Positions 24,688-32,217 of a stretch of DNA of 38,677 nt are shown here, piece after piece. Position 1 is the first letter of the stretch. The number at the start of each line of letters is the position of its first letter. The stretch comes from a virus. The DNA is taken from IMG/VR virus record IMGVR_UViG_3300027419_000019; one strand, given 5' to 3'. Under the pieces are notes generated by a model. The model did not search any database, was not told the origin of the DNA, and saw only the letters and a list, made by a program, of their open reading frames with translations. A program made the position numbers and the translations under genes.

Positions 24688-25094
24688 GCCGGCACCTCAA
24701 AAGGGAGTTTTGTCTGGAAAGGATCCTGTTCCGCCATGAATGCCTTATCCCGTTTTTCGTAGAAGACCTCCTGATCTTCCCAGCGCTTGAGCGCCTCCTT
24801 CAGTGGAGCGGCATCCTCGCGGAGCTCTCCAAGCTCCTTCCGGGCGTCGTTGAGATCCTGCTGGTGCTCGGCAATAATCGAGGCGTGGAACTCGATACTG
24901 TCCCGCAATTTTCCCGCCACTTCGTTGAGCTCTTCGAGATCCTTTTTAATAGAGGATATCTTGGCCTCTCGGATCCTTGCGAGTTCTTCCGGTGTCGCCC
25001 GGGGGTTTTTACAGGATCTACATGGCGGTTCCTGTCTACCGACGCGGCCGTCTTGTTCATTTTCCGTGCCACAATACGGGCAGATCCACGGCAT
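24684..25094 (-). CDS. Zinc-ribbon plus coiled-coil protein.
   Basis: MPWICPYCGTEN…PPCRSCKNP is followed by about 90 aa of heptad-like charged helix. The ATG at 25094 is 2 nt after the PCNA stop. The track ORF extends to 25286. Confidence 0.6.
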   Translation of the reverse strand: MPWICPYCGTENEQDGRVGRQEPPCRSCKNPRATPEELARIREAKISSIKKDLEELNEVAGKLRDSIEFHASIIAEHQQDLNDARKELGELREDAAPLKEALKRWEDQEVFYEKRDKAFMAEQDPFQTKLPFEVPA

Positions 25095-25096
25095 CG

Positions 25097-25822
25097 TCAA
25101 TCCCCCTCCAGCCTTGGCGCGAGGAAATACCCGCATTCCATCCCGTCCAGCTCGAAGTCGAACCGGATCGGGTGGTCCTGGCCGAGCAGTGCCGTGCACG
25201 TGCTCGCCCCTTTCATTGCCTTGCCGATCTCCTTCAGGTAGTCCAGCGAGAACAGCGAGCGGACTGCTGCGTCCGGCACCTGGCACTTTCCTGTCGATTC
25301 GAGGACCTTGTGCAGCTGATCAGTGTCCCCCTCCGCATCCAGGGCCAGCCCTTCCTTGCAGGTACCGAGCCGGACCTTGTCGCTGATCACGCCCATGGCC
25401 TTGATCGCTTCCTGCAGCTGGCCGGCATCGATGTCGATCGCGGCGGGGAGTGAGAGGGACGGCGGGTTCGGGCGCTTGCGGACCGTTTGGACGTCGAGCG
25501 GTGTGTGCTTGACCGTGTACCTGCCATCAGACATGATGAGCCGGCCTTCCTTCCGCTCGATCGTGATCGTGCTTTTTTCATCGTCCATGACCTTCAGGAA
25601 GTCTTTCAGCTTCATGAGGTCCAGCCCGATCTCGGCCTTCTCGGTCTCGGTGAATTCGTCGAACTGTGCTTTCGGCAGATTGGCGCTGACCATCGCGACG
25701 TTCGCGGTGTCCACGGCAAGGGTGTTCCACCCCTGATCGGTAATCATCAGCCTGCATTCCGGCACCAGGGCGCTCAGGACATTGCAGAACGCACTGAGCC
25801 GGGTCTGGGGGATCTTCATCAT
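25097..25822 (-). CDS. pcna: PCNA (archaeal/eukaryal-type DNA sliding clamp).
   Basis: 241 aa with a two-domain clamp pattern: …FCNVLSALVPECRLMITDQGWNTLAVDTANVAMVSANLPKAQFDEF…SLFSLDYLKEIGKAM…IRFDFELDGMECGYFLAPRLE. The terminal 'Y.LAPR.E' is a PCNA hallmark. Confidence 0.85.
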   Translation of the reverse strand: MMKIPQTRLSAFCNVLSALVPECRLMITDQGWNTLAVDTANVAMVSANLPKAQFDEFTETEKAEIGLDLMKLKDFLKVMDDEKSTITIERKEGRLIMSDGRYTVKHTPLDVQTVRKRPNPPSLSLPAAIDIDAGQLQEAIKAMGVISDKVRLGTCKEGLALDAEGDTDQLHKVLESTGKCQVPDAAVRSLFSLDYLKEIGKAMKGASTCTALLGQDHPIRFDFELDGMECGYFLAPRLEGD

Positions 25823-28800
25823 GGGGTTTCACACTCCTTCGGTTTCTTCGGGGATCGTTTCTTCTTCGATGGTGGTTTTTTCTCGGCGATTTTGACTCCG
25901 GGTTTCCAGCCACTACATCCGTCTTTTTTGACGGAAGAGATGAGATCTTCCGCTTTTAATTTCCCACTCACAACATCGTCGAAAGAGGGGCAATCTCTTA
26001 GGATGATCCCCCCACCGCACCCCAGACAATTATCGCAGTTTTTTTCCGCACCGTATTCTTTCGAGGGTTCCTTATGCTCTACCAACTGCTTGAGGGCGTG
26101 CATCCTCTTTCCCTGGGGGAGGTCCTGGACCGGGTTGATGATTTCAACACCATGGAAGGCCCCCTCGATAATGCGCTGGTGGATCTGTCCGCAGAGGAGA
26201 GTGATCTTTTTCACTACTGCGAGGTCCGGATCGGCCTTGGCCCGCTGCTGGACCATGTCGAAGAATTCCGGATCATTCTCGATATCCTCCGGTGAGACAT
26301 CGTAGTTCTCGATCTCGTCTCCCGGGCGAATCAGGCCGTACTTGTCGGAGAGGATGTAATACTCGTCCCCCTCAAACACGTGCTCTGCATATTTCCTTGC
26401 CAGAGTGAAGAGGGGCCCGGTATATGCTTCACGGGCGACAACGCGGGCCGGGGTCTTCTTCCTTCCCTTCGCGGGTTCATCCCAGATTTTGGCCTTTCCG
26501 CAGGAGATGATACAGATCTCGCGGTATCCCCATCGGGGCGATGCGGGTTCTCCATCCTCCTCAAGTCTCCTTACGTGTTCTTCGAATTCCCAGCAGCCGT
26601 CATTGCCATCTTCATCGATACACTCGATCTTGCAGACCTTGCACGGCCCCTCGATATCATCGGTAGGATAATCTGGCTTCGGTCTTGGCCTTAAGGAGAA
26701 GTGGACCTTTGAACCATCCGGGCGGGTCTCCTCGATTTGATTCTTGATGGAGACGGCCCCCTGGTAGGTATCCGCCCCTTCGTACAGCCATTCACCTTTT
26801 GCGGGGTCGTGCTTCCAGACCTCCCAGATCCAGCCGGGATTATTCCTGCGTTTTGCCTCGGTGAGCGCTTCGAACCACTCTGGAGTGTCCCGTTTCGGTT
26901 TTACCGGCTTGATGGGGACGCTGCAACCCACCGCCGCCCTCTCTTCGAAGGTCTTCCTATCACACCTCTCACTGATCGTGCAGTTGCCAAGATCGTTGAT
27001 CTCCTTGCATCGATCGTTCTTATCGAGCCAGTGCCCGCATCTCTCCCGCTGTGTCTCCTCCATCAGGACCTTGGCACTCTTGGTTCCTTTCATGAACAGG
27101 AGTTCTCCAAGGCGTGGACATGAGGGGTGGAATGTTTTCTTGCCCTTGTGATGGCCGCAGGTCCCGCAGGTGCCGGGAGTCGGGCCACCGGGACCGGCCG
27201 GGTGACGGCCTTGCTCTCCCTCGTCCCGCTCCTCCTGGGCTTTGATGATGGCCTTCACCGCATCCAGGCAACCGGCATAAGGATCCCTCCTCAGGCAGTC
27301 CTTGTAGACGTCACACTCGATGCAGACCTGTGAAATGGGGTTTTCAGGATCGGGGCGGGAAGGCCCCCTGGTCCTCTTTATCAGGCACTTTGGATCGTCC
27401 TGGCCCTTGCAGCCATCTTCGCACTTATCACAAACGTCGTGCCAAATTTGCTTGACGGTCTTCCCTGTAGTATCATAGATCGCGGCCTGCTTGCTGGTGT
27501 CTTTTTCCTCCTTGATTTCCCTGGGCGCCGTTTGATCCGGCTCCTCCCCTCCAAACGTGAACAGGCCGATCGGCTGCTGCTGCAGCTCGCGGACCGCGAT
27601 CGCGTGGGTCTTCGGCTCGATCTCGAACCCGATCCACTCCATACCAAGCAGGTTGGCGGCAATCAGGGACGTGCCGGTACCCGCATACGGGTCCAGCAGG
27701 ATCTCCCCGGGTGCCATGAACCGGCTGATAATGCCGAGAACATCATGCACGGACTGCTGCCATGGGTGGAATTTCTTCTGCCTGAAGCCACGGACAACAT
27801 CCGAGAAACACCTTCGGACTCCTTTGATGTCCCCTCCTTCCGGGATCTTCTGGAAGACGAGAATCGGTTTGTGCAGGCAGAGGGCGTTCCACTTGTGGGC
27901 TTTCACGGCCGGTCCTGAGTTCAAGGAGGAGATGATCCAGAAGTAGACCAGCGTGCAGCCGTCCTTGAGGTCCGGGTCATGAGAGCAATACAGCTGCTCC
28001 ATGATCTCGGCAAGGTGGGCCTGCGGGGCATACGTGAATAGGAACCCGTACGGTTTCAGGACCCGGGTTGCGAGCTCGCAGAGGTCCGCGTATGCCTGCT
28101 CCCATAGTTCCTTGATATACGGCGGATCGGTGAAAATCCCATCAACCGAGCACGACGGGACCTTTTCGCCCAGCTCCACCACGTCGCCCAGGTGCACGGT
28201 CCCGAGTTGGAGGTCCGTGATCCATGCCCGCCGGCCCTTGGTCTTCTGGTCTTCCTTGCACCCGGCACAGACGTACCCGGGGATCGGCTTGCCGTATCGT
28301 TCACGGCAGTCTTCGCAGACGTGATCGGATTTCGCCTTACGCTTGCGCTTCTCAGGGGTTGCCGTCTTTTCTGAGGACAATACCGGTTTCGAGTTGTCTC
28401 CTGAAGGGGTCTCGCGATCCGGGTGCTCCCTGAGGTACTCTTCGGCATCCTGAAGGCAACCGGCATAAGCCGGGGCGAACATGCACTTGCCGGCCCACTT
28501 GCATGATGTGGGGCAGCCGGCACGGTTCAACTCCTCAGTGTTATCAGTGTGTGGTTTTTCTACGTTTTCTGTAGGTTCCTGTACCCGAGTGGCGGCCGAG
28601 GCCTTCAACAACTTCGGGGGGATTTTCCAGAGCGGGCAGCCGCGGCCACCATAGAGGGCCGATTTCTTCATCCGAATTATCGGGCAGAGTTCGGTATTCC
28701 CGTCAATCCACTCGTCGCGATCTTTCCCGTCCGGGCATACACCCATGGCACACATTCCCATGACGGGGTTGTCATCCCTGCAATGCTCAAGGCGCATTTC

Positions 28801-29235
28801 CACCAGGGTGCGGAGCCGTTCGATCTGGTCTTCTTGCCGAGGGTTTCCGAGCACGTTGCACGGGCAGACTGCAAAGGAGCCGAGAGCCCAGCCGGTCAGC
28901 GCACAGACGCCTTTTTTGACCTTGCGGCCCTTCTCGCTCTCACCTTCCGACACCAGTTTGTACGGGCAGGCGTCCGGGCAGTTCTTCACGCCAGGGCTTG
29001 GGCTGTTGAACTCACTGGTGTTGAGCCGGGCGCTGATGCGGCGGATAAACTGCTCATCGTCCATTTCCTTGACGCACATCGGCATGGCGCCCGGCATCCC
29101 GTGAATAACGGCACATGTTTGCGGGCTGTCCGGATATTCGGGATCTCGCTGCAGGTCCGGGCACTTCCTCGCCCGGCAGTCCTTGATGCCCCACTTGCTC
29201 TCTTTCTTCTCCGGGGCTCCGCAGCAATCGCTCAT
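25819..29235 (-). CDS. Giant Cys-rich multidomain protein. It has an N-terminal Cys-rich region, a beta-class N6/N4 DNA methyltransferase (DPPY), a Cys-rich linker, a DUF6884/YaaA-like domain and a Lys-rich tail.
   Basis: Track ORF 25819..29265 (1148 aa). MSDCCG at 29235 forms an ATGA overlap with the wHTH stop. MTase motif IV is SVDGIFTDPPY (28117-28128). Motif I is ILLDPYAGTGTSLIAANLLGMEWIGFEIEP (about 27670-27693). The C-terminal ICIISCGKAK…AREAYTGPLFTLARKYAE…YYILSDKYGLIRPGDEIENYDV (26080-26523) resembles DUF6884. Confidence 0.8.
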   Translation of the reverse strand: MSDCCGAPEKKESKWGIKDCRARKCPDLQRDPEYPDSPQTCAVIHGMPGAMPMCVKEMDDEQFIRRISARLNTSEFNSPSPGVKNCPDACPYKLVSEGESEKGRKVKKGVCALTGWALGSFAVCPCNVLGNPRQEDQIERLRTLVEMRLEHCRDDNPVMGMCAMGVCPDGKDRDEWIDGNTELCPIIRMKKSALYGGRGCPLWKIPPKLLKASAATRVQEPTENVEKPHTDNTEELNRAGCPTSCKWAGKCMFAPAYAGCLQDAEEYLREHPDRETPSGDNSKPVLSSEKTATPEKRKRKAKSDHVCEDCRERYGKPIPGYVCAGCKEDQKTKGRRAWITDLQLGTVHLGDVVELGEKVPSCSVDGIFTDPPYIKELWEQAYADLCELATRVLKPYGFLFTYAPQAHLAEIMEQLYCSHDPDLKDGCTLVYFWIISSLNSGPAVKAHKWNALCLHKPILVFQKIPEGGDIKGVRRCFSDVVRGFRQKKFHPWQQSVHDVLGIISRFMAPGEILLDPYAGTGTSLIAANLLGMEWIGFEIEPKTHAIAVRELQQQPIGLFTFGGEEPDQTAPREIKEEKDTSKQAAIYDTTGKTVKQIWHDVCDKCEDGCKGQDDPKCLIKRTRGPSRPDPENPISQVCIECDVYKDCLRRDPYAGCLDAVKAIIKAQEERDEGEQGRHPAGPGGPTPGTCGTCGHHKGKKTFHPSCPRLGELLFMKGTKSAKVLMEETQRERCGHWLDKNDRCKEINDLGNCTISERCDRKTFEERAAVGCSVPIKPVKPKRDTPEWFEALTEAKRRNNPGWIWEVWKHDPAKGEWLYEGADTYQGAVSIKNQIEETRPDGSKVHFSLRPRPKPDYPTDDIEGPCKVCKIECIDEDGNDGCWEFEEHVRRLEEDGEPASPRWGYREICIISCGKAKIWDEPAKGRKKTPARVVAREAYTGPLFTLARKYAEHVFEGDEYYILSDKYGLIRPGDEIENYDVSPEDIENDPEFFDMVQQRAKADPDLAVVKKITLLCGQIHQRIIEGAFHGVEIINPVQDLPQGKRMHALKQLVEHKEPSKEYGAEKNCDNCLGCGGGIILRDCPSFDDVVSGKLKAEDLISSVKKDGCSGWKPGVKIAEKKPPSKKKRSPKKPKECETP

Positions 29236-29492
29236 CGCTGCACCCCCGGTACCGCCCGCTTCCACAGGTGCTTGTGGCCCCGTCCTCCGGCTCCCGGCAC
29301 GCCCTCCATCAGGATCCGGCCCTTCTTCTTGAGCGTGTAGAGATGGTTCACGACCGTGCTTTTGTGGTAGCCGGTGGCCCGCACTACGTCTGCGGTCGGT
29401 ATCGACTCGGCCGGGTTGGCTGGGATGGCATCGAGGATCCGCTGCGCCATGATGGGATCGCGCTGTTTGAATTCCAGTCCTTTGAGGCTCAT
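29232..29492 (-). CDS. Winged-helix DNA-binding protein.
   Basis: MSLKGLEFKQRDPIMAQRILDAIPANPAESIPTADVVRATGYHKSTVVNHLYTLKKKGRILMEG fits a MarR/ArsR-type wHTH. Both ends are in ATGA overlaps. The track ORF extends to 29723. Confidence 0.6.
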   Translation of the reverse strand: MSLKGLEFKQRDPIMAQRILDAIPANPAESIPTADVVRATGYHKSTVVNHLYTLKKKGRILMEGVPGAGGRGHKHLWKRAVPGVQR

Positions 29493-30004
29493 GGGTTCTG
29501 CACCCCCCTCTTCTGGAAGTGCTCGGGATCGCACCGGGCCTCCGCGGTCCTGGGGCTGTAGGGGCACACCAGGAGCTGCCCGTTTCTCCAGCACCGTTGA
29601 CTTCCGCGGTTGTGGTCGCATGGGTGCCGGGACTTGCCCTGCCGGATCCTCTTTGCGACCCATCCTTCGCACTTCGAGCACTTCTCGCGGCCGGGCTTCA
29701 TCCAGCCGCCGCACTCGGGGCACCGGACGAATCCCTTGTGGTGCTTATGGTGACAGAGCGATTGCCAGGGCTCGCATTGCGAGAGGTCTGCCCACTCGTC
29801 CTCATAGAGATCATCACTTGGGTGGTGGGCGCAGTTTGCCGGTTGGCCGCAGCCACAGGTGCAGAGCTTTCCCACGCACCATTCTTTCACGGCAGCGATG
29901 CGGGCCGGGTCTCGTTCCCGCTTCCGGTTCTTTGTCTGCCGATTCTGGATCCTGATATTCGGCTGACTGATGCAATGATGGGGTTTTGCGGCAGACATCA
30001 GCAA
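29489..30004 (-). CDS. HNH-like endonuclease / multi-zinc-ribbon protein.
   Basis: …CTCGCGQPANCAHHPSDDLYEDEWADLSQCEPWQSLCHHKHHKG… shows an HNH-like H…N/D…CHxxHH arrangement. It is followed by CPECGG…CSKCEG and further Cys. Confidence 0.4.
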   Translation of the reverse strand: MLMSAAKPHHCISQPNIRIQNRQTKNRKRERDPARIAAVKEWCVGKLCTCGCGQPANCAHHPSDDLYEDEWADLSQCEPWQSLCHHKHHKGFVRCPECGGWMKPGREKCSKCEGWVAKRIRQGKSRHPCDHNRGSQRCWRNGQLLVCPYSPRTAEARCDPEHFQKRGVQNP

Positions 30005-30222
30005 TCAGCCCCCAACTGCCGGCAGGCCGCCTGAATAACATCATCAAGGCTGCACCGGGTATACATGACGGTCCGCTGGATGTTTCCACAGATTTTGCAC
30101 TTCAACAAAAGTTTGGCCTCATAGAGACCCTCATATTCATGATCTTCTGAATATGGGGGAGGTGCGATCAGGAGCATATGAGAGCCGCACCGAAGACAGG
30201 TAACGCCGATTATCGCCATCAC
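29998..30222 (-). CDS. Zinc-ribbon mini-protein.
   Basis: 74 aa with CLRCGS…CKICGN. Confidence 0.6.
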   Translation of the reverse strand: MMAIIGVTCLRCGSHMLLIAPPPYSEDHEYEGLYEAKLLLKCKICGNIQRTVMYTRCSLDDVIQAACRQLGADC

Positions 30223-30449
30223 GGCACCGCCTTAGCCGGCTCGTTGAATTGGGAGATCCTTGTCTGTGCCTTAACCAGGGCGAGGGCTGCCTGCCATGTG
30301 AGCCATTTCTCATAATGCTCTTTACAACAGAACCATTCCTCGACCTTTGTACCGGTCCGGGTTTCATACCCTCCCTGGTGCGTTGCCTCAGGATATCCGC
30401 ACCAGGCGCACTTGTGCAGCTCGACTGACGACGGTTTATGTTTGGTCAT
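30219..30449 (-). CDS. Cys-containing mini-protein (first gene after the AT-rich intergenic region).
   Basis: 76 aa: …HKCAWCGYPEATH…WFCCKEHYEKW…. Confidence 0.6.
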   Translation of the reverse strand: MTKHKPSSVELHKCAWCGYPEATHQGGYETRTGTKVEEWFCCKEHYEKWLTWQAALALVKAQTRISQFNEPAKAVP

Positions 30450-30762
30450 CAGTACCCGCCCCCCTTTTGCGCCGATGGAAAGTTTATTTTGAGGTGTCCC
30501 ACCTTTCCGGATTTTCCATCTTTCTCACTTAATAATAAATTATATATACTATTAATTCCATAACTTACAACACGGTTTTTTGTAAAAACGGTTTCAAGCA
30601 GTGAAACGGTTTTTGTGGGGGTGAGAGTCTCCCAGAATGTTTCCATCGCCCGGAAGGGGCCGGGGGTACTGCTCAGCACCTCCGTCGATAAACTTTCCTT
30701 CGGAAACAAAGGTCTAAAAATTATCGGGGAACTTTCCATCGGAAATGGACGGGTTATTGCAG
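30450..30762. promoter_or_regulatory. AT-rich intergenic region with inverted 12-mers and iterons. It is a candidate replication origin, a ParB-type centromere, or both, and probably carries a promoter.
   Basis: CCGATGGAAAGT (30472-30483) is the reverse complement of ACTTTCCATCGG (30731-30742). Related copies are TTTTCCATCT (30513-30522), GTTTCCATCGCC (30639-30650) and ACTTTCCTTCGGAAA (30692-30706). ACGGTTT occurs three times (30572-30612). The AT core is cttaataataaattatatatactattaattcc (about 30529-30560). Confidence 0.5.
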
Positions 30763-31902
30763 TCACTCCATCCCCTCACACGCCCGGAGGACCAGCGCCC
30801 GGTACGCTTCGTTGTGAGACTTTGCGGTGATCTCACCCTCTTCCAGGAGCCTGGCGATAACCTGATCCGCTGCCTGCTGTTCCTTGTCGGTCCAGTTCCC
30901 GCGGACCGCTGCGATCATTAGGCTCTCGGCCTCGGCATCGGTCTTTTTCACTGCCGTTATGACAAGGGGGCGGAGCTCATCGGTGATCGGGCGGGGCTGC
31001 GAGCCGGTCGTAAATGCCGATCCTCGCACTGCCTGAGCCGCCGCCCCCTTCTGCCGCTCCAGGATAGGGCACCTCTGGATCTCTGCGAGACTCTTGCCCT
31101 GCAGGTCGCACTCCATCCGCTTCCGGTCGGGATTCTCCCGGAAGTGGTGCGTGTCGCCAGGGCAGGTGTTGGACATACAGGCCGAGAGATCCCATACGGG
31201 CAGGTCCGGGGACTCTATCGGGCCGGGAGCGTCCGGCTTCAGCTGCTCTGATAGGGGGGCCCGAGGAGGCAGATCGGTTTCTTTCAGGGAGCCCGGCTGA
31301 GCGCAGCCGACACCATGATTGGGGTGATCTTTCGGTACGGTACCGAGACCGGAAACGGGTTCGCTTGATGATTTTTTCTGGTTCTTGCCGATCTTGGATG
31401 TGTCCACTGTGTAGACTTTGCCGGCCCGTTCAACCTTCTTCCGGTCAGACGTGCATCTTGCCGACATCGGCAAGATAGATTTGCGGATTTTCCCGACGAA
31501 CTCCGGCGATACGTGCGCAACTTCCGAGATCTTGGTATCGTTCCACTGTCCCCACTCCTTATCTCTCAGGAGTATCAAAACAGCCCGGCGCTTGTCCTCG
31601 TTCGTGCGCTGGATCCCGTGCTTGGAGTTGACGCCCGCAGAGTAGAGGATCGCGTCCCGCATCGTGCCGTGGATGATGTCGGCCATCACCCGCTCGATCT
31701 TCGCGCCCTGGGCAGCCATGAAGCGGTGATACCCATCGACAAGGTAGTATTCCCTCTCGACCTTGAAGACCGTCAGGGCCGGGAACGCATCACCCCGCCG
31801 CATGGCCTCAGTGTATTCGTCGATCTTGTCGGTGTGCATGCTCGCCCGCGGCTGGAGCTCGCTGCTCTGCTTGATTTGTTTTACTGGTAAAAGTTCAGTC
31901 AT
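30763..31902 (-). CDS. ParB/Sulfiredoxin-type nuclease-domain protein with a C-terminal Cys cluster.
   Basis: …LPVKQIKQSSELQPR…IDEYTEAMRRGDAFPALTVFKVEREYYLVDGYHRFMAAQGA…SAGVNSKHGIQRTNEDKRRAV… fits a ParB N-terminal domain with the DGxHR motif. Later comes …CMSNTCPGDTHH…ECDL…RCP…. Confidence 0.8.
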   Translation of the reverse strand: MTELLPVKQIKQSSELQPRASMHTDKIDEYTEAMRRGDAFPALTVFKVEREYYLVDGYHRFMAAQGAKIERVMADIIHGTMRDAILYSAGVNSKHGIQRTNEDKRRAVLILLRDKEWGQWNDTKISEVAHVSPEFVGKIRKSILPMSARCTSDRKKVERAGKVYTVDTSKIGKNQKKSSSEPVSGLGTVPKDHPNHGVGCAQPGSLKETDLPPRAPLSEQLKPDAPGPIESPDLPVWDLSACMSNTCPGDTHHFRENPDRKRMECDLQGKSLAEIQRCPILERQKGAAAQAVRGSAFTTGSQPRPITDELRPLVITAVKKTDAEAESLMIAAVRGNWTDKEQQAADQVIARLLEEGEITAKSHNEAYRALVLRACEGME

Positions 31903-32212
31903 AGTATCCCTCCCCTACGCACACCCGTGAGGGCATGGTGATCACAGATTCTCTGCGGTCTGCGAGATGCGCCCAAACGGCGCGGACGGGCGGATCCCCG
32001 TGGTGCCGGGCCTTGATGGCATCCCAGGTATCGGCCTGAGTCTGCCGCTCGATCTTCATGTCCGCGAGCAGGGCCGCCATCACGGCCTTGGCGCTCGGGA
32101 CCGCAATCGCCGGCGCGGGTATGAGGACCTCGCGCAGGACTGCAGGCTCCTCCTTCTGCGGCGGGTGCATCTCCAGGTATCGGCGCGTCTTCGCGCTTTG
32201 CTTGCCGGCCAT
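31895..32212 (-). CDS. Hypothetical protein.
   Basis: Internal start MAGKQSAKTRRYLE… at 32212 lies just after the upstream stop at 32218. The track ORF extends to 32227. Confidence 0.55.
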   Translation of the reverse strand: MAGKQSAKTRRYLEMHPPQKEEPAVLREVLIPAPAIAVPSAKAVMAALLADMKIERQTQADTWDAIKARHHGDPPVRAVWAHLADRRESVITMPSRVCVGEGYYD

Positions 32213-32217
32213 GGAGA

